Sequence record: MW748999.1
Source of the DNA: Escherichia phage vB_EcoM_Skers
Reading direction: 5' to 3' (one strand)
Length of the DNA stretch: 64,000 bases
The notes under the pieces are model-generated. The model was not told the DNA's origin. It made no database searches and worked only from the letters and a program-made list of their open reading frames with translations. Positions 7,745-17,638 of the stretch are shown here, piece by piece (positions within the stretch are counted from its first letter, which is position 1; every line of letters starts with the position of its first letter). Position numbers and translations under genes: made by a program.

Positions 7745-10700
7745 ATGGCAGATTTTTCTCAACATTTCAAGGCCACATTTGGCTTTGATGCTGGTAATGA
7801 AAAGGTCGTCAATGTAGCATTGGCTGATAAGAATGTCAACACCGATGCGGTCAACGTTGAATTTTTCAATTACCATAATGGTATTACTCAGTATGACACA
7901 ACTCGCGGTTATGATCAATACGGAACTACAATCTATCAAAACCGCCCGTATTATGCAAAAGAAGATATCGCAAAACCAGCAGGTGACTTTGACCCGACTA
8001 AATGGCAAGCACTGCGCACGGACCCACGTTGGGATTATGTTGCAGCAACTTCCGGCGATACTCCTTTAAAGTCCGGTGATTATATCGCAGCGGACTGTCA
8101 GTTTGCAAACTTGACATTCTCAATGCCTACTAATCCGGCAGAGGGCGACACTATAACAGTAAAAGATATCGGTGGCAAGTGCGGTGTTAATGAGTTATCG
8201 TTCCTTGCGGCTGGTCATGAGTTCTATCATAACGGTGTGGTAAACAACCGCAAATGGTATTGTACTACCCCTTATGCAATGAACTACTTCATTTTTGCTC
8301 GCAATCGCTGGCACGTTTACCAGACGGGAACGGAGCCACGCGGGGTATATGCACAGCCATCTATTGATCCGATCCAGATGCAAAACGGTGATCAGGTATT
8401 CCGCCGTAGTTCTTTGGGTAACATTGTTTTGATGCTTCCTAAGTTTGCTAATAACGGTGATATGATCCAGACTACCGATCTTGACGGATTGACTGCAACC
8501 AACCATGTTACGGTAAAAGTGCATGAAGGTGCGCAAGAACAATCGATCGGTACTTTCGGGGTAAAAGAAATTGTTGGTAAGCGTAGCGGTCATGGTGTAT
8601 TCATCTTTGACAAACCGGAAAACTTATGGCGTTTGTGGGATGGCGATCAGTCTGTTCGCTTGAATCCTATCATTAGTGATACTCGCTTATCCCCTAATAG
8701 CTATGTTGCTGTATTTGGTGATCGTGATGTTACCTTGACTTTACCGACCAATGTCGAGCCGGGTGATCGTATTCAAGTTTCTATGCAGTATATGCACGGA
8801 AACCAGACTTGCCGAATCATTACCTCAGAAGAGGATACAAAAATCCTTATGCAGAAAAACATGGTTCAGTTTCCTAAGCGTAGCGAGTACCCATTCAATG
8901 GGACCGATACATGGACGGGAGTGTCTGAATTGTCTTTCAACGCTGCAAATGATTATGTACCTTATCTGGAGTTCTCTTATTCAGAAGGTGATGATGGTAA
9001 GAAATACTGGTTGGTGGCACATGCTCACCCGATTGTAGAACGAGTAGATCCGACTCGTAAAGATCGTGTTGGTGTAATTGCACTGGCTACCCAGGATGAA
9101 ACAAACAAAAACCATGAAGATAATCCTAGCGACGAAGTTGCGGTGACTCCAAAGGTTCTGGCTAACAAAACAGCCAACGAAACTCGACGCGGTATTGCTC
9201 GCATTGCAACTCAAGCGGAAACGCATCAAGATACTGGTTCCAGCTTCCTGGATGATGTTATCGTTACACCTAAAAAGTTAAATGACTGTGTTGCTACCGA
9301 AGACCGTCGTGGTGTGATGGAAATTGCAACTCAACATGAAACAAACGAAGGTTTAGACGATACCCGCGCAATCACTCCTAAGAAGTTAGAAGAACGTCGC
9401 GCGTCCGAGGATCTTGCTGGTATCGCTGAAATTGTTCAGGTAGGCGGTAATGCTGCCGCTCTAAGGGGTGAAGCTGGTACAGGGATCTATAATATCAATG
9501 ACCATGCTAAAATTGTTACACCGCAAAACATCAACGAAGTTAAGGCGACCGAAACTTCCCGTGGTGTTGGGTATCTGGCGACGGATGAGGAAGTTCAAGG
9601 GGCGACTGAATCAACCCCACAAGATGCATTGCTTATCACTACTCGCACGTTAACCAAGCGTACTGCCACCGAATCCCGTACTGGTATCGCTGAAATTGCT
9701 ACGCAGGAAGAAACTAACTTAGGCCAAAGTGACAACCATATCATCACGCCTAAAAAGCTACATACTCGCCGCGCAACGGAAACTTTACACGGTTTAGCAG
9801 AAATTGCAACTCAGTCTGAATTTGACGCAGGTCGTGACGATGCTCGCATTTCTACCCCATTGAAGATTAAAACCTTCTTTGAGAATGCACAGCGTTTGAA
9901 AGTAGATCCGACTCAGGGGCTTAACCTTACTGGTGATTTGTGGCAAGGTATCATGATCAGCGGTCTTGATGCAACCGAAGATACAAAAGGTGTCGCGAAA
10001 GTTGCAACTACTCAGCTTACAGACGCAGGAGAAGATGACGCTACGATCATTACTCCTAAAAAGCTGCAAGGCAAAAAGGCCACCGAAGGTAAAGAAGGTA
10101 TTATCCGAGTTGGTACTCAAGACGAAACCGTAGCTGGTACTATGGACAATGTAGCAATTTCTCCGAAGAACTTCAAATATGTTGTTCAGACAGAGGATAC
10201 ATGGAAAGCAACCGAATCGCGTCGCGGATTCCTGAAAGTAGCAACACAAGAAAACTGTTTTGTTGGTGACAATCTGCAAGGTTCTACTCAAGATCTTGAT
10301 AACTATCAGCATGACGGGATTGCGGTAACTCCGAAAGGATTAAACTACGCACTTGCTAATTTCTTACCTAAGATGGCAACCGCTCAGAATAGTTTGAAAT
10401 TGGGTAACGTAGAGGCCGCTAAATGGGCGCGTAGAGACATTGACCAGACCATAGAGAGCAATTACACGTTTAATAAAAACGTTAACGTGAAGGGCGATTT
10501 AGAGTGCTTAAAATCAGGTTCCTTTGAAACTCTGTCTGTGACTAAGAACTCTACTGATGATCCGAGTAATGGTCATCTGGTGTTGGGTGAGCGTGGAGTT
10601 GACGGTCACACCGGAATTACTCTGCATGGCACAACCGCATCGGAAGGCATGGAAAACTCATGGTCTATTATCGTTGGTGGCACTGGAACATCTCAAGTTG

Positions 10701-11485
10701 TTGATAGTAATGCTATCGCTTTCGGTAAAATCAATGATGGTGGAGTCGTCGAGCATTACGCCTTTGCTATGGAACACAATGGCGACGCGACAGCATATAG
10801 AGACTTTATTGCAGGTCGTAACCTGTATGCGAAACAAGGCGGTTTATACATTGTTGATCAGTCTAATCCGGCGATGACTCGCTCAGAAGACGGTATGTTG
10901 AATATCGGGCACGGTGGAAGTGTTAACATCAAAGCAGGTTATCAGACGCTTACTACAGAGATTGCCGGACAGAAATATCAGATCGTCCACGCAGGAAACG
11001 CAGACGAAGTTCTTAATCGTCAGTTTGTTAAGAATGCTGGCGATACGATGACCGGAAAGCTGATGATGGATAATGCGTCTATTGTATCAGTTAAGCATGA
11101 AGCGATCGCTACTACTGCGCCAGCAATTGGTAACATTGGCTTCTGGAACATGCGAGTAACTACCCAAAACATCAAAGAAACCTACCCAGAAAAGAAAAAT
11201 GGTACATTGATGCAATGGGGTACTGATGAAAACGGCCTTACCCAAATCTGGTCGCCTGATGGTACTCATAAGCATTATATCCGTTCTGGTACAGATGGTC
11301 AATGGACCGCATGGGGCGAAATTTACACCAAACAGAACAAGCCTACCGCTCAGGAAATCGGGGCAGTGGTTGCCGAAGGTGGTTTGATGAACTCTATGAC
11401 GGTTCGTGATTGGATCAAAGTTGGTAATGTTAAAATCATCGCCAATAATCTGACTCGTACCGTAGACTTTATCTGGGAAGACTAA
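7745..11485 (+). CDS. 34: long tail fibre proximal subunit gp34
   Basis: 1246-aa ORF first in the 34-35-36-37 order; repeated TPKKL/ATE..G.A.IAT motifs typical of gp34. Confidence 0.85.
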   Translation: MADFSQHFKATFGFDAGNEKVVNVALADKNVNTDAVNVEFFNYHNGITQYDTTRGYDQYGTTIYQNRPYYAKEDIAKPAGDFDPTKWQALRTDPRWDYVAATSGDTPLKSGDYIAADCQFANLTFSMPTNPAEGDTITVKDIGGKCGVNELSFLAAGHEFYHNGVVNNRKWYCTTPYAMNYFIFARNRWHVYQTGTEPRGVYAQPSIDPIQMQNGDQVFRRSSLGNIVLMLPKFANNGDMIQTTDLDGLTATNHVTVKVHEGAQEQSIGTFGVKEIVGKRSGHGVFIFDKPENLWRLWDGDQSVRLNPIISDTRLSPNSYVAVFGDRDVTLTLPTNVEPGDRIQVSMQYMHGNQTCRIITSEEDTKILMQKNMVQFPKRSEYPFNGTDTWTGVSELSFNAANDYVPYLEFSYSEGDDGKKYWLVAHAHPIVERVDPTRKDRVGVIALATQDETNKNHEDNPSDEVAVTPKVLANKTANETRRGIARIATQAETHQDTGSSFLDDVIVTPKKLNDCVATEDRRGVMEIATQHETNEGLDDTRAITPKKLEERRASEDLAGIAEIVQVGGNAAALRGEAGTGIYNINDHAKIVTPQNINEVKATETSRGVGYLATDEEVQGATESTPQDALLITTRTLTKRTATESRTGIAEIATQEETNLGQSDNHIITPKKLHTRRATETLHGLAEIATQSEFDAGRDDARISTPLKIKTFFENAQRLKVDPTQGLNLTGDLWQGIMISGLDATEDTKGVAKVATTQLTDAGEDDATIITPKKLQGKKATEGKEGIIRVGTQDETVAGTMDNVAISPKNFKYVVQTEDTWKATESRRGFLKVATQENCFVGDNLQGSTQDLDNYQHDGIAVTPKGLNYALANFLPKMATAQNSLKLGNVEAAKWARRDIDQTIESNYTFNKNVNVKGDLECLKSGSFETLSVTKNSTDDPSNGHLVLGERGVDGHTGITLHGTTASEGMENSWSIIVGGTGTSQVVDSNAIAFGKINDGGVVEHYAFAMEHNGDATAYRDFIAGRNLYAKQGGLYIVDQSNPAMTRSEDGMLNIGHGGSVNIKAGYQTLTTEIAGQKYQIVHAGNADEVLNRQFVKNAGDTMTGKLMMDNASIVSVKHEAIATTAPAIGNIGFWNMRVTTQNIKETYPEKKNGTLMQWGTDENGLTQIWSPDGTHKHYIRSGTDGQWTAWGEIYTKQNKPTAQEIGAVVAEGGLMNSMTVRDWIKVGNVKIIANNLTRTVDFIWED

Positions 11486-11518
11486 TTAAAGGGGGCTAAA
11501 GCCCCCTATGGGGTTATT

Positions 11519-12658
11519 ATGACACAAGAGATAGAATTACGCAATACTGGAATTAAGTTTGCGCATTTCGACGAAGACTCCGCGACATTTACAAGCATTT
11601 CAGAAAACAACTCTGTGATGTATAAGCTGGAAGTGCGCGGATCTAATGCAGATTCTACCAAACCAGCAAGGATTAGATTTAATGGAGCGGAGATCGTTGG
11701 TACTGGCTATGAAAATGGCCTAAATTTTAAAGTTCTTACTCCAACTGGACAACTACACGAAGAAAAGGTATTCTATGGTCGCGGTGCTGTTTTGGCAATG
11801 CGTGATTATCTTTCTTTGCTGAAAGGTGACTATATCATTGCGATGGCAACGCATGGAGAATTGTTTGCAGATCCGATAAGTGATGTTGTATTTTCTAAGA
11901 TGGGATCTGTATCATTCCCGAATCACATTTTGTTACAGCAAATGCCTCGTGTATCCTATGCAGCAATTTATTCTACTAAAATGGGTAAAATTGTGTGTGA
12001 AGGGATGCAAGCAACGAACGGGGAAGGTCAAGATTCGTCTATACAGATCGAGAAAGTTTATGATACTATAGACGATCTTGCAATAACAGGAACACCACAA
12101 CGATTTTTAGATTATCCGGTTGAGTATGTTAGCGAAGATGCCGAACATTTCGAGCTAATACAATGGCCTCATGATGAGATCAGCGCACCACTTGAATATT
12201 TTAACATAAAGGCAGGTGACAAACTATCAATATCCTTTGAATTGTTCCGTGATAGTGCCGCAGCCGCAGCCAACGTAACAGCGCGTTTCTATCACAACTA
12301 CTTCACTGATGGACAATATCAAACTGGCGTTCGTTATAATGCCAGCCAGAAAGATCAATGGGAAAAGTTTGAAGCCGTCTATACCGTACCGGAAGGAGTT
12401 GATAGTGTTACCACTGGTTGTATCAGATATCCAACCAACTCAAATGAAGGTATTGTTAAAATTAGAAACATACTAATAACGCCGATCAGTGGAGTCGTCA
12501 AAACTACTGGTCCTACTTCATTTGGTGTTAATGGTGTTAGAACAACTCATATTCAGGATAACGGTGATTTTACTAACCCTGTAATGAGTCTTCTTAAACT
12601 ACCAAGAGACAATAAACATATCACATCCAACAACTTTAAAGAGTTTGATGTTGATTAA
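11519..12658 (+). CDS. 35: long tail fibre hinge protein gp35
   Basis: 379 aa (T4 gp35 372 aa) at the expected position between 34 and 36. Confidence 0.75.
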   Translation: MTQEIELRNTGIKFAHFDEDSATFTSISENNSVMYKLEVRGSNADSTKPARIRFNGAEIVGTGYENGLNFKVLTPTGQLHEEKVFYGRGAVLAMRDYLSLLKGDYIIAMATHGELFADPISDVVFSKMGSVSFPNHILLQQMPRVSYAAIYSTKMGKIVCEGMQATNGEGQDSSIQIEKVYDTIDDLAITGTPQRFLDYPVEYVSEDAEHFELIQWPHDEISAPLEYFNIKAGDKLSISFELFRDSAAAAANVTARFYHNYFTDGQYQTGVRYNASQKDQWEKFEAVYTVPEGVDSVTTGCIRYPTNSNEGIVKIRNILITPISGVVKTTGPTSFGVNGVRTTHIQDNGDFTNPVMSLLKLPRDNKHITSNNFKEFDVD

Positions 12659-12668
12659 CATTTTTAAC

Positions 12669-12698
12669 AAGCCGATCCTCGTGGTCGGCTTTATTTTT
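12669..12698 (+). terminator. rho-independent terminator after gene 35
   Basis: AAGCCGA-TCCTCGTGG-TCGGCTT hairpin followed by TTATTTTTAT. Confidence 0.65.
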
Positions 12699-12819
12699 AT
12701 ACAGTTGGTTAAAACATAACCAAAACGAAGAAAGATCTTTAGAATAATAGAAAATTTGTTTCGGTTAAAAAGTAGTCAGTGCCTCCGGCACGTCGCAAAG
12801 CGATATTTTGTTAACATTC

Positions 12820-12827
12820 TATAAATA
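12820..12827 (+). promoter_or_regulatory. T4-type late promoter TATAAATA for gene 36
   Basis: Exact TATAAATA 34 nt upstream of ATG 12861. Confidence 0.65.
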
Positions 12828-12860
12828 CTCGGAACTATAACTAATTTTTGAGGTTACTTT

Positions 12861-14351
12861 ATGGCAGATTTGAAACATGGATCTACTGTAGGCGGATCTC
12901 CCATTTGGACGCAAGGAAACTTGACGATCCAGCCAGCGGGTGATCAGCTTTTCTACAAAGGTCATAAAATCTATACCGCTTTTGATAAACCTTCGGCTGC
13001 CGATTTTGATGCTGTTAGTGCATCCGAAGGTGGTACATTTCAGAAACTGGTCCATTTTGAGGAAGGTTTAAGCGTAGGTAGCGCATCCGGTGGAGAAACC
13101 AAAAAGAACGGGATCTTTAAAGGAAATAGTGATGCGGCTAACTTTGATGGTGTAAGTTGGGGTTTGCATTCGTGGAAATCTATTGGTTTTGTTAATGCTC
13201 GTGATGATGTTATCATGGCTTATATTGACACTACCACAGGTGATTTTAAAACTAAAGGGACTATCGAAGGGACAACCATTAAAGACACAGGTCAACGCGT
13301 CTATAGCCCTGTTAATAAACCAACGAATAATGATTTAGATTTGGTGTCTCGTCGCGGTGATACCCTCACAGGAACATATAATTTAAACACTGTCACTGTT
13401 AAACTATCGGTTGATTCTAAATTAATTGCAAGGGAACGTGATTTAATTAATTTTGATGCGACTAAGATCTATTATGGTAACGTTCTTGATACGTTGGTCT
13501 TCCGAAGTAAAGATGAGCCTACCATTTTTGTTAATGGCAGAGAAGGTCGTTTTTATCACACCAACAATAAACCAACTAAAGCCGATGTTGGGCTAGGCAA
13601 TGTCACCAATGATGCACAGGTTAAACGTGCTGGTGATATTATGGAAGGTAACTTGCAAGCGCCTAGAATGTTGGCGACAAACGATCCTGCTGGTCCTAAT
13701 GAATTGGTTCGTTTGAGCTACTTTGAGAGAAAATCAATGGTAGCAAATCCAACCATCATTGGAAACGTTGATTGGAACACTCTTATTAATCGCGGTATCT
13801 ATCGTGTGGAAAATGCTGGGTCAGGTACTAATAAACCGTCTGATAGCTATTATAACGGCGTTTTGATGGTATATCGCCCAGAAGATGCGGTCGGTACTCG
13901 TCGAATTGTTCAGGTGTATTATCCTGAATCTATTGACCATCCGATGTGCTGGCGTTCGTGTTCTAATGAATCATGGACTGCATGGAACTATGTAGATCAC
14001 CGTAAATTGGCTGATATTCGCTATGTTAACGTCACTGGCGATACCATGACAGGACCGTTAACTGTTCCGGCTGCAAACGGTGTTCATACCGCAGAAGCTA
14101 ACTATAATGGTGATAATTGCTACGCTGGACTTAATAGCTTAAATGGTACAGCAATGATTTATCGTGTTAGCGATATTAAAGCGCACGAGAAACTAGGAAT
14201 CACACATGATTCTAAAATTATTTTCGTTAAATCTCGTGACAATACTCAGGACACCGATACCTTTGAATTATACCACGAAGGACATAAACCAACTCCTGAT
14301 GAGGTTGGCGCGGTTCCGCTCAATGCGGTAATTGATTTTGGTACTTTCTAA
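12861..14351 (+). CDS. 36: long tail fibre distal connector gp36 (496 aa, longer than the roughly 220 aa recalled for T4)
   Basis: N-terminus MADLKHGSTVGGSPIWTQGNLTIQPAGDQLFYKGHKIY closely matches the T4 gp36 N-terminus. Confidence 0.8.
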   Translation: MADLKHGSTVGGSPIWTQGNLTIQPAGDQLFYKGHKIYTAFDKPSAADFDAVSASEGGTFQKLVHFEEGLSVGSASGGETKKNGIFKGNSDAANFDGVSWGLHSWKSIGFVNARDDVIMAYIDTTTGDFKTKGTIEGTTIKDTGQRVYSPVNKPTNNDLDLVSRRGDTLTGTYNLNTVTVKLSVDSKLIARERDLINFDATKIYYGNVLDTLVFRSKDEPTIFVNGREGRFYHTNNKPTKADVGLGNVTNDAQVKRAGDIMEGNLQAPRMLATNDPAGPNELVRLSYFERKSMVANPTIIGNVDWNTLINRGIYRVENAGSGTNKPSDSYYNGVLMVYRPEDAVGTRRIVQVYYPESIDHPMCWRSCSNESWTAWNYVDHRKLADIRYVNVTGDTMTGPLTVPAANGVHTAEANYNGDNCYAGLNSLNGTAMIYRVSDIKAHEKLGITHDSKIIFVKSRDNTQDTDTFELYHEGHKPTPDEVGAVPLNAVIDFGTF

Positions 14352-14355
14352 TATT

Positions 14356-14378
14356 AGCGGGGATTTCCCCCGCTTTTC
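14356..14378 (+). terminator. stem-loop / weak terminator between genes 36 and 37
   Basis: AGCGGGG-ATTTC-CCCCGCT hairpin followed by TTTTCT. Confidence 0.5.
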
Positions 14379-14419
14379 TAAATAATATTATTCTAATAAC
14401 CGTTTAAGGATTTTATAAA

Positions 14420-17400
14420 ATGGCAGATTTAAACAGAATCCAGTTTAAACGCACTAGCGCAGCCGGACGTAAACCGGATGCTGGTACGATGAATCCGGGA
14501 GAGTTGGCAATTAACTTAGCAGACCAATATCTGCTTACAAAAAATGATGGTGGGCAAATTGTTAATTTAAGTTGCCCGCCAGTTTATGACAAGAGCGTAG
14601 ATCGGAAGAGCACACCGTCTGAACTCCAGTCACCGGCTATGATCTCGTTGACCGCCGTGGTCTACACGGCCCTGAACACTCTTTCCTACACGACGCTCTT
14701 CCGATCTGCAGATTTAAACAGAATCCAGTTTAAACGCACTAGCGCAGCCGGACGTAAACCGGATGCTGGTACGATGAATCCGGGAGAGTTGGCAATTAAC
14801 TTAGCAGACCAATATCTGCTTACAAAAAATGATGGTGGGCAAATTGTTAATTTAAGTTGCCCGCCAGTTTATGACAAGAGCGTTAATGTAAAAGGTCGTG
14901 TGGTTGCAGATGACCTTATGTGGAGTAATACCGCAAACTATTTCGATGACCCAACCGCACGGAATCTTGATAAATTCGGTGCATTTCGTACTAATGATAT
15001 GGATGGTCATCTAGCATTGGCTTTGCATATTCCTCATCCTAGCGGTATAAACCATGCTCGTGGGTTGGATTTTACTTATGGTTCTAACGTTGTTCCTACT
15101 GTAAAAACCTATGGTTATAACGCTGATGGTGCATTGGCATATTCATATCGCATGTATCACGAAGGTGATAAGCCTAGTCCGTCAGAATTAAATGTATACA
15201 GCAAACAAGAAGTAGATCGGATGTTCCAGAAGACCATCAACTTTGGTGTAGAAACTGGATGGTTTAAAATTGCTACAGCATTTATTCCGCAAAATGATGG
15301 ACGTAGCTTGAAAATTAGATTGGTTGGTGGAAATGGGTGGAACGTAGGCCAAACGGGACAATGTAATATTATTGAACTTGTTATAAGGACTAGCAACGGT
15401 TCCCCTAAAGGAATTAACTTTGTTGCATATCATCATGTTTCTGGTTACGAAAATCAATTTTGTGCCATTAATACAGGTGATGACACTTATGATATCTATG
15501 CATATTACTACGAATTTACTAATATGGTATTGGCTGAATATCAAGCGTCCAGCGATGTTAATTTAACTGTATTTGATCGACCTGAATATGTAGGCGAAAA
15601 ACCTGTAGCTGATCATATCTATGATGCATATACAATACGCTCCTTTAACAGTTTCAGTAACCGTGGAACATTAAATTTTGCTGGCAACCATCAAGGCCAA
15701 TATGACATTGAGCATATGAACGAACAACCGACAAATGCTAAAAAGATGTTGCGTCGGTTTCGAAGCTCTGCCAGCGCGACAATCTGGCATGAAACCGTTG
15801 ATGACCAGAATTATCGTCTTGCCGCTGGAAGTACAGACTCAAGTCAACAATTATTGTTGTCTACTGGGACTGGTTTGCATATTCGTAGATTGACCATCGA
15901 TGGTGGCTTAGGTTCCGGTTCTAATGCTGGTATTGATATTCGTCGAGGACCAAACGAATCAAGCCATTTTAATTTTATGGATTATCGCACTGGTCAAGAT
16001 GTTCGTAATGGTTGGTTTGGTTTTGGTGATTTGACGACCAAAGATTTTATTTGGTGGAACGATAACGGTCAAAACTCGATAAACTTGATCGAAAACGGTG
16101 AATTACATATTACTGGTGGTAAAGGCCAGAAAATTGTAATGAATAGCGAAGTTGCATTATCTGAAAATGCTCGTTTGGCTGTTAAAGGTGGTAATTATGG
16201 TTTGTTGTTCCGTAATGATGGTGTTAGTTTCCATATACTGACTACTAATTTAAAGGATTCTTTTGGAAATTGGAATAATCGTAGACCATTTAGTTATGAT
16301 TTTGCCGAAGGTGGATTGGATCTAGGTGGTACTGAAACTGCTCGTTGTTTGCATCTGGGGATCGATGGTAGTACCCGCATCGAAGATAACTTAGTTTTCC
16401 GATCTGGGTCGCGTCAATCAATGGACTATATTGAAATGATCCATTGGGGTAACAGTAATACAGGACGCAACAACGTTTTGAGTATGAAAGACTCGAAAGG
16501 ATTCTTGGCTGAATTTGAGCGCACCGGAACCAATAGCATTAAAACTAGATTCTTTGGTGAAACATTCACTGATGGTACATTATACCTAAATCAGATGAAT
16601 AATAGCTCTGAACGATTCTCTATCAATAATTGGGGAAATTCAGAAGTTGGTCGCGCGGCAGTCTTAGAAGTTGGTGATTCTAAAGGTTATCACTTTTATG
16701 CTGAACGCAGGACTGATAATAGTTCTTTGTTCTCTGTTGGTGGTGCTTTGTTTGTGCAGGGACCTTCCGGGATTATTATCAAAAACTCTGCTGGTGCTCG
16801 CCATGTTTGGTTTAAAGATGACGGTGATAATGAAAAGGCTGTTATTTGGGCGACCGATGAAGGTATATTACATCTACGAAATAATCATGATGGTGCATTT
16901 AGTCATCACTTCCAGGGCGCAATGATTAAACTGCAAGGGCGTGTTCCTTATGATGCAGCAAAGGGAATTGTTCGTGGTGAAGTTTCTGGTGGTGCATATG
17001 TTGCATGGAGAGACCGCCCTGCTGGTTTGTTAGTTGACTGCCAGCAAAGTGTTGATAGTGCTCATGCTGTTTGGAAAGCGGTTGATTGGGGGCGTCAATA
17101 TATCGCTGCTATGGACGTTCACTGTCCTGGTGATGGTAATAATACCGCAGCCGCTGTTCTTCATGTTCAGGCTGCTGATTATCAATTCCATGCAAGCGGA
17201 GAATTTCATGCCAGTGGCAACGGAAACTTTAACGATGTGTATATTCGTTCTGACCGTCGCCTTAAAGACAATATAGAAGATTATACTGGAAATGCGTTAA
17301 GTTTGATTGGTAAACTGAAAGTGAAAACTTACGATAAAGTTAAATCTCTTAAGGACCGTGAAATTATCGGTCACGAGATCGGCATTATCGCACAGGATTT

Positions 17401-17602
17401 ACAAGAAATATTACCGGAAGCTGTAAAATCTTCAAAAATTGGCAATCTTGATAATCCAGATGAAATTCTGACAATTTCTAACTCTGCCGTGAATGCTCTT
17501 TTAATTAAGGCTATTCAGGAAATGAGTGAAGAAATTAAAGAATTGAAAACACCTCTCTTTACTAAAATTGCTCGCAAAATTAGTAAATATTTTAAATTCT
17601 AA
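14420..17602 (+). CDS. 37: long tail fibre distal subunit gp37 with C-terminal intramolecular chaperone domain; ORF as given contains a 285-nt in-frame artefact
   Basis: N-terminus MADLNRIQFKRTSAAGRKPDAG..GELAINL matches the gp37 N-terminus; C-terminal YIRSDRRLKDNIEDYTG is the S74-type auto-cleaving chaperone motif; native length likely about 965 aa. Confidence 0.85.
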   Translation: MADLNRIQFKRTSAAGRKPDAGTMNPGELAINLADQYLLTKNDGGQIVNLSCPPVYDKSVDRKSTPSELQSPAMISLTAVVYTALNTLSYTTLFRSADLNRIQFKRTSAAGRKPDAGTMNPGELAINLADQYLLTKNDGGQIVNLSCPPVYDKSVNVKGRVVADDLMWSNTANYFDDPTARNLDKFGAFRTNDMDGHLALALHIPHPSGINHARGLDFTYGSNVVPTVKTYGYNADGALAYSYRMYHEGDKPSPSELNVYSKQEVDRMFQKTINFGVETGWFKIATAFIPQNDGRSLKIRLVGGNGWNVGQTGQCNIIELVIRTSNGSPKGINFVAYHHVSGYENQFCAINTGDDTYDIYAYYYEFTNMVLAEYQASSDVNLTVFDRPEYVGEKPVADHIYDAYTIRSFNSFSNRGTLNFAGNHQGQYDIEHMNEQPTNAKKMLRRFRSSASATIWHETVDDQNYRLAAGSTDSSQQLLLSTGTGLHIRRLTIDGGLGSGSNAGIDIRRGPNESSHFNFMDYRTGQDVRNGWFGFGDLTTKDFIWWNDNGQNSINLIENGELHITGGKGQKIVMNSEVALSENARLAVKGGNYGLLFRNDGVSFHILTTNLKDSFGNWNNRRPFSYDFAEGGLDLGGTETARCLHLGIDGSTRIEDNLVFRSGSRQSMDYIEMIHWGNSNTGRNNVLSMKDSKGFLAEFERTGTNSIKTRFFGETFTDGTLYLNQMNNSSERFSINNWGNSEVGRAAVLEVGDSKGYHFYAERRTDNSSLFSVGGALFVQGPSGIIIKNSAGARHVWFKDDGDNEKAVIWATDEGILHLRNNHDGAFSHHFQGAMIKLQGRVPYDAAKGIVRGEVSGGAYVAWRDRPAGLLVDCQQSVDSAHAVWKAVDWGRQYIAAMDVHCPGDGNNTAAAVLHVQAADYQFHASGEFHASGNGNFNDVYIRSDRRLKDNIEDYTGNALSLIGKLKVKTYDKVKSLKDREIIGHEIGIIAQDLQEILPEAVKSSKIGNLDNPDEILTISNSAVNALLIKAIQEMSEEIKELKTPLFTKIARKISKYFKF
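14423..14883 (+). repeat. perfect 176-bp direct duplication (14423-14598 and 14708-14883) flanking the adapter-derived insert
   Basis: The two copies are base-for-base identical and re-encode gp37 residues 2-60. Confidence 0.9.
14599..14707. other. Illumina adapter-derived sequence (library/assembly artefact)
   Basis: Begins AGATCGGAAGAGCACACCGTCTGAACTCCAGTCAC plus 8-nt index-like CGGCTATG and ATCTCGT; ends ACACTCTTTCCTACACGACGCTCTTCCGATCT; both are adapter sequences with single-base indels. Confidence 0.9.
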
Positions 17603-17638
17603 CAACAAGGGGGCGTTGCCCCCTTTGGAGTATAAATT

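Noticed and set aside
8195-10312. Minus-strand ORFs inside gene 34 (8195..8593, 8981..9229, 9794..10312)
   Set aside because: Embedded antisense in a 1246-aa late structural gene; Cys/Phe-rich low-complexity translations; no promoter or SD.
15157-15544. Minus-strand ORFs inside gene 37
   Set aside because: Antisense to the tail fibre gene; no translation signals.
16397-16405. TTCCGATCT 9-mer resembling the 3' end of the Illumina adapter
   Set aside because: Only 9 nt, in frame within gp37 coding sequence with no adjacent adapter bases or duplication; consistent with chance in a 64-kb window.
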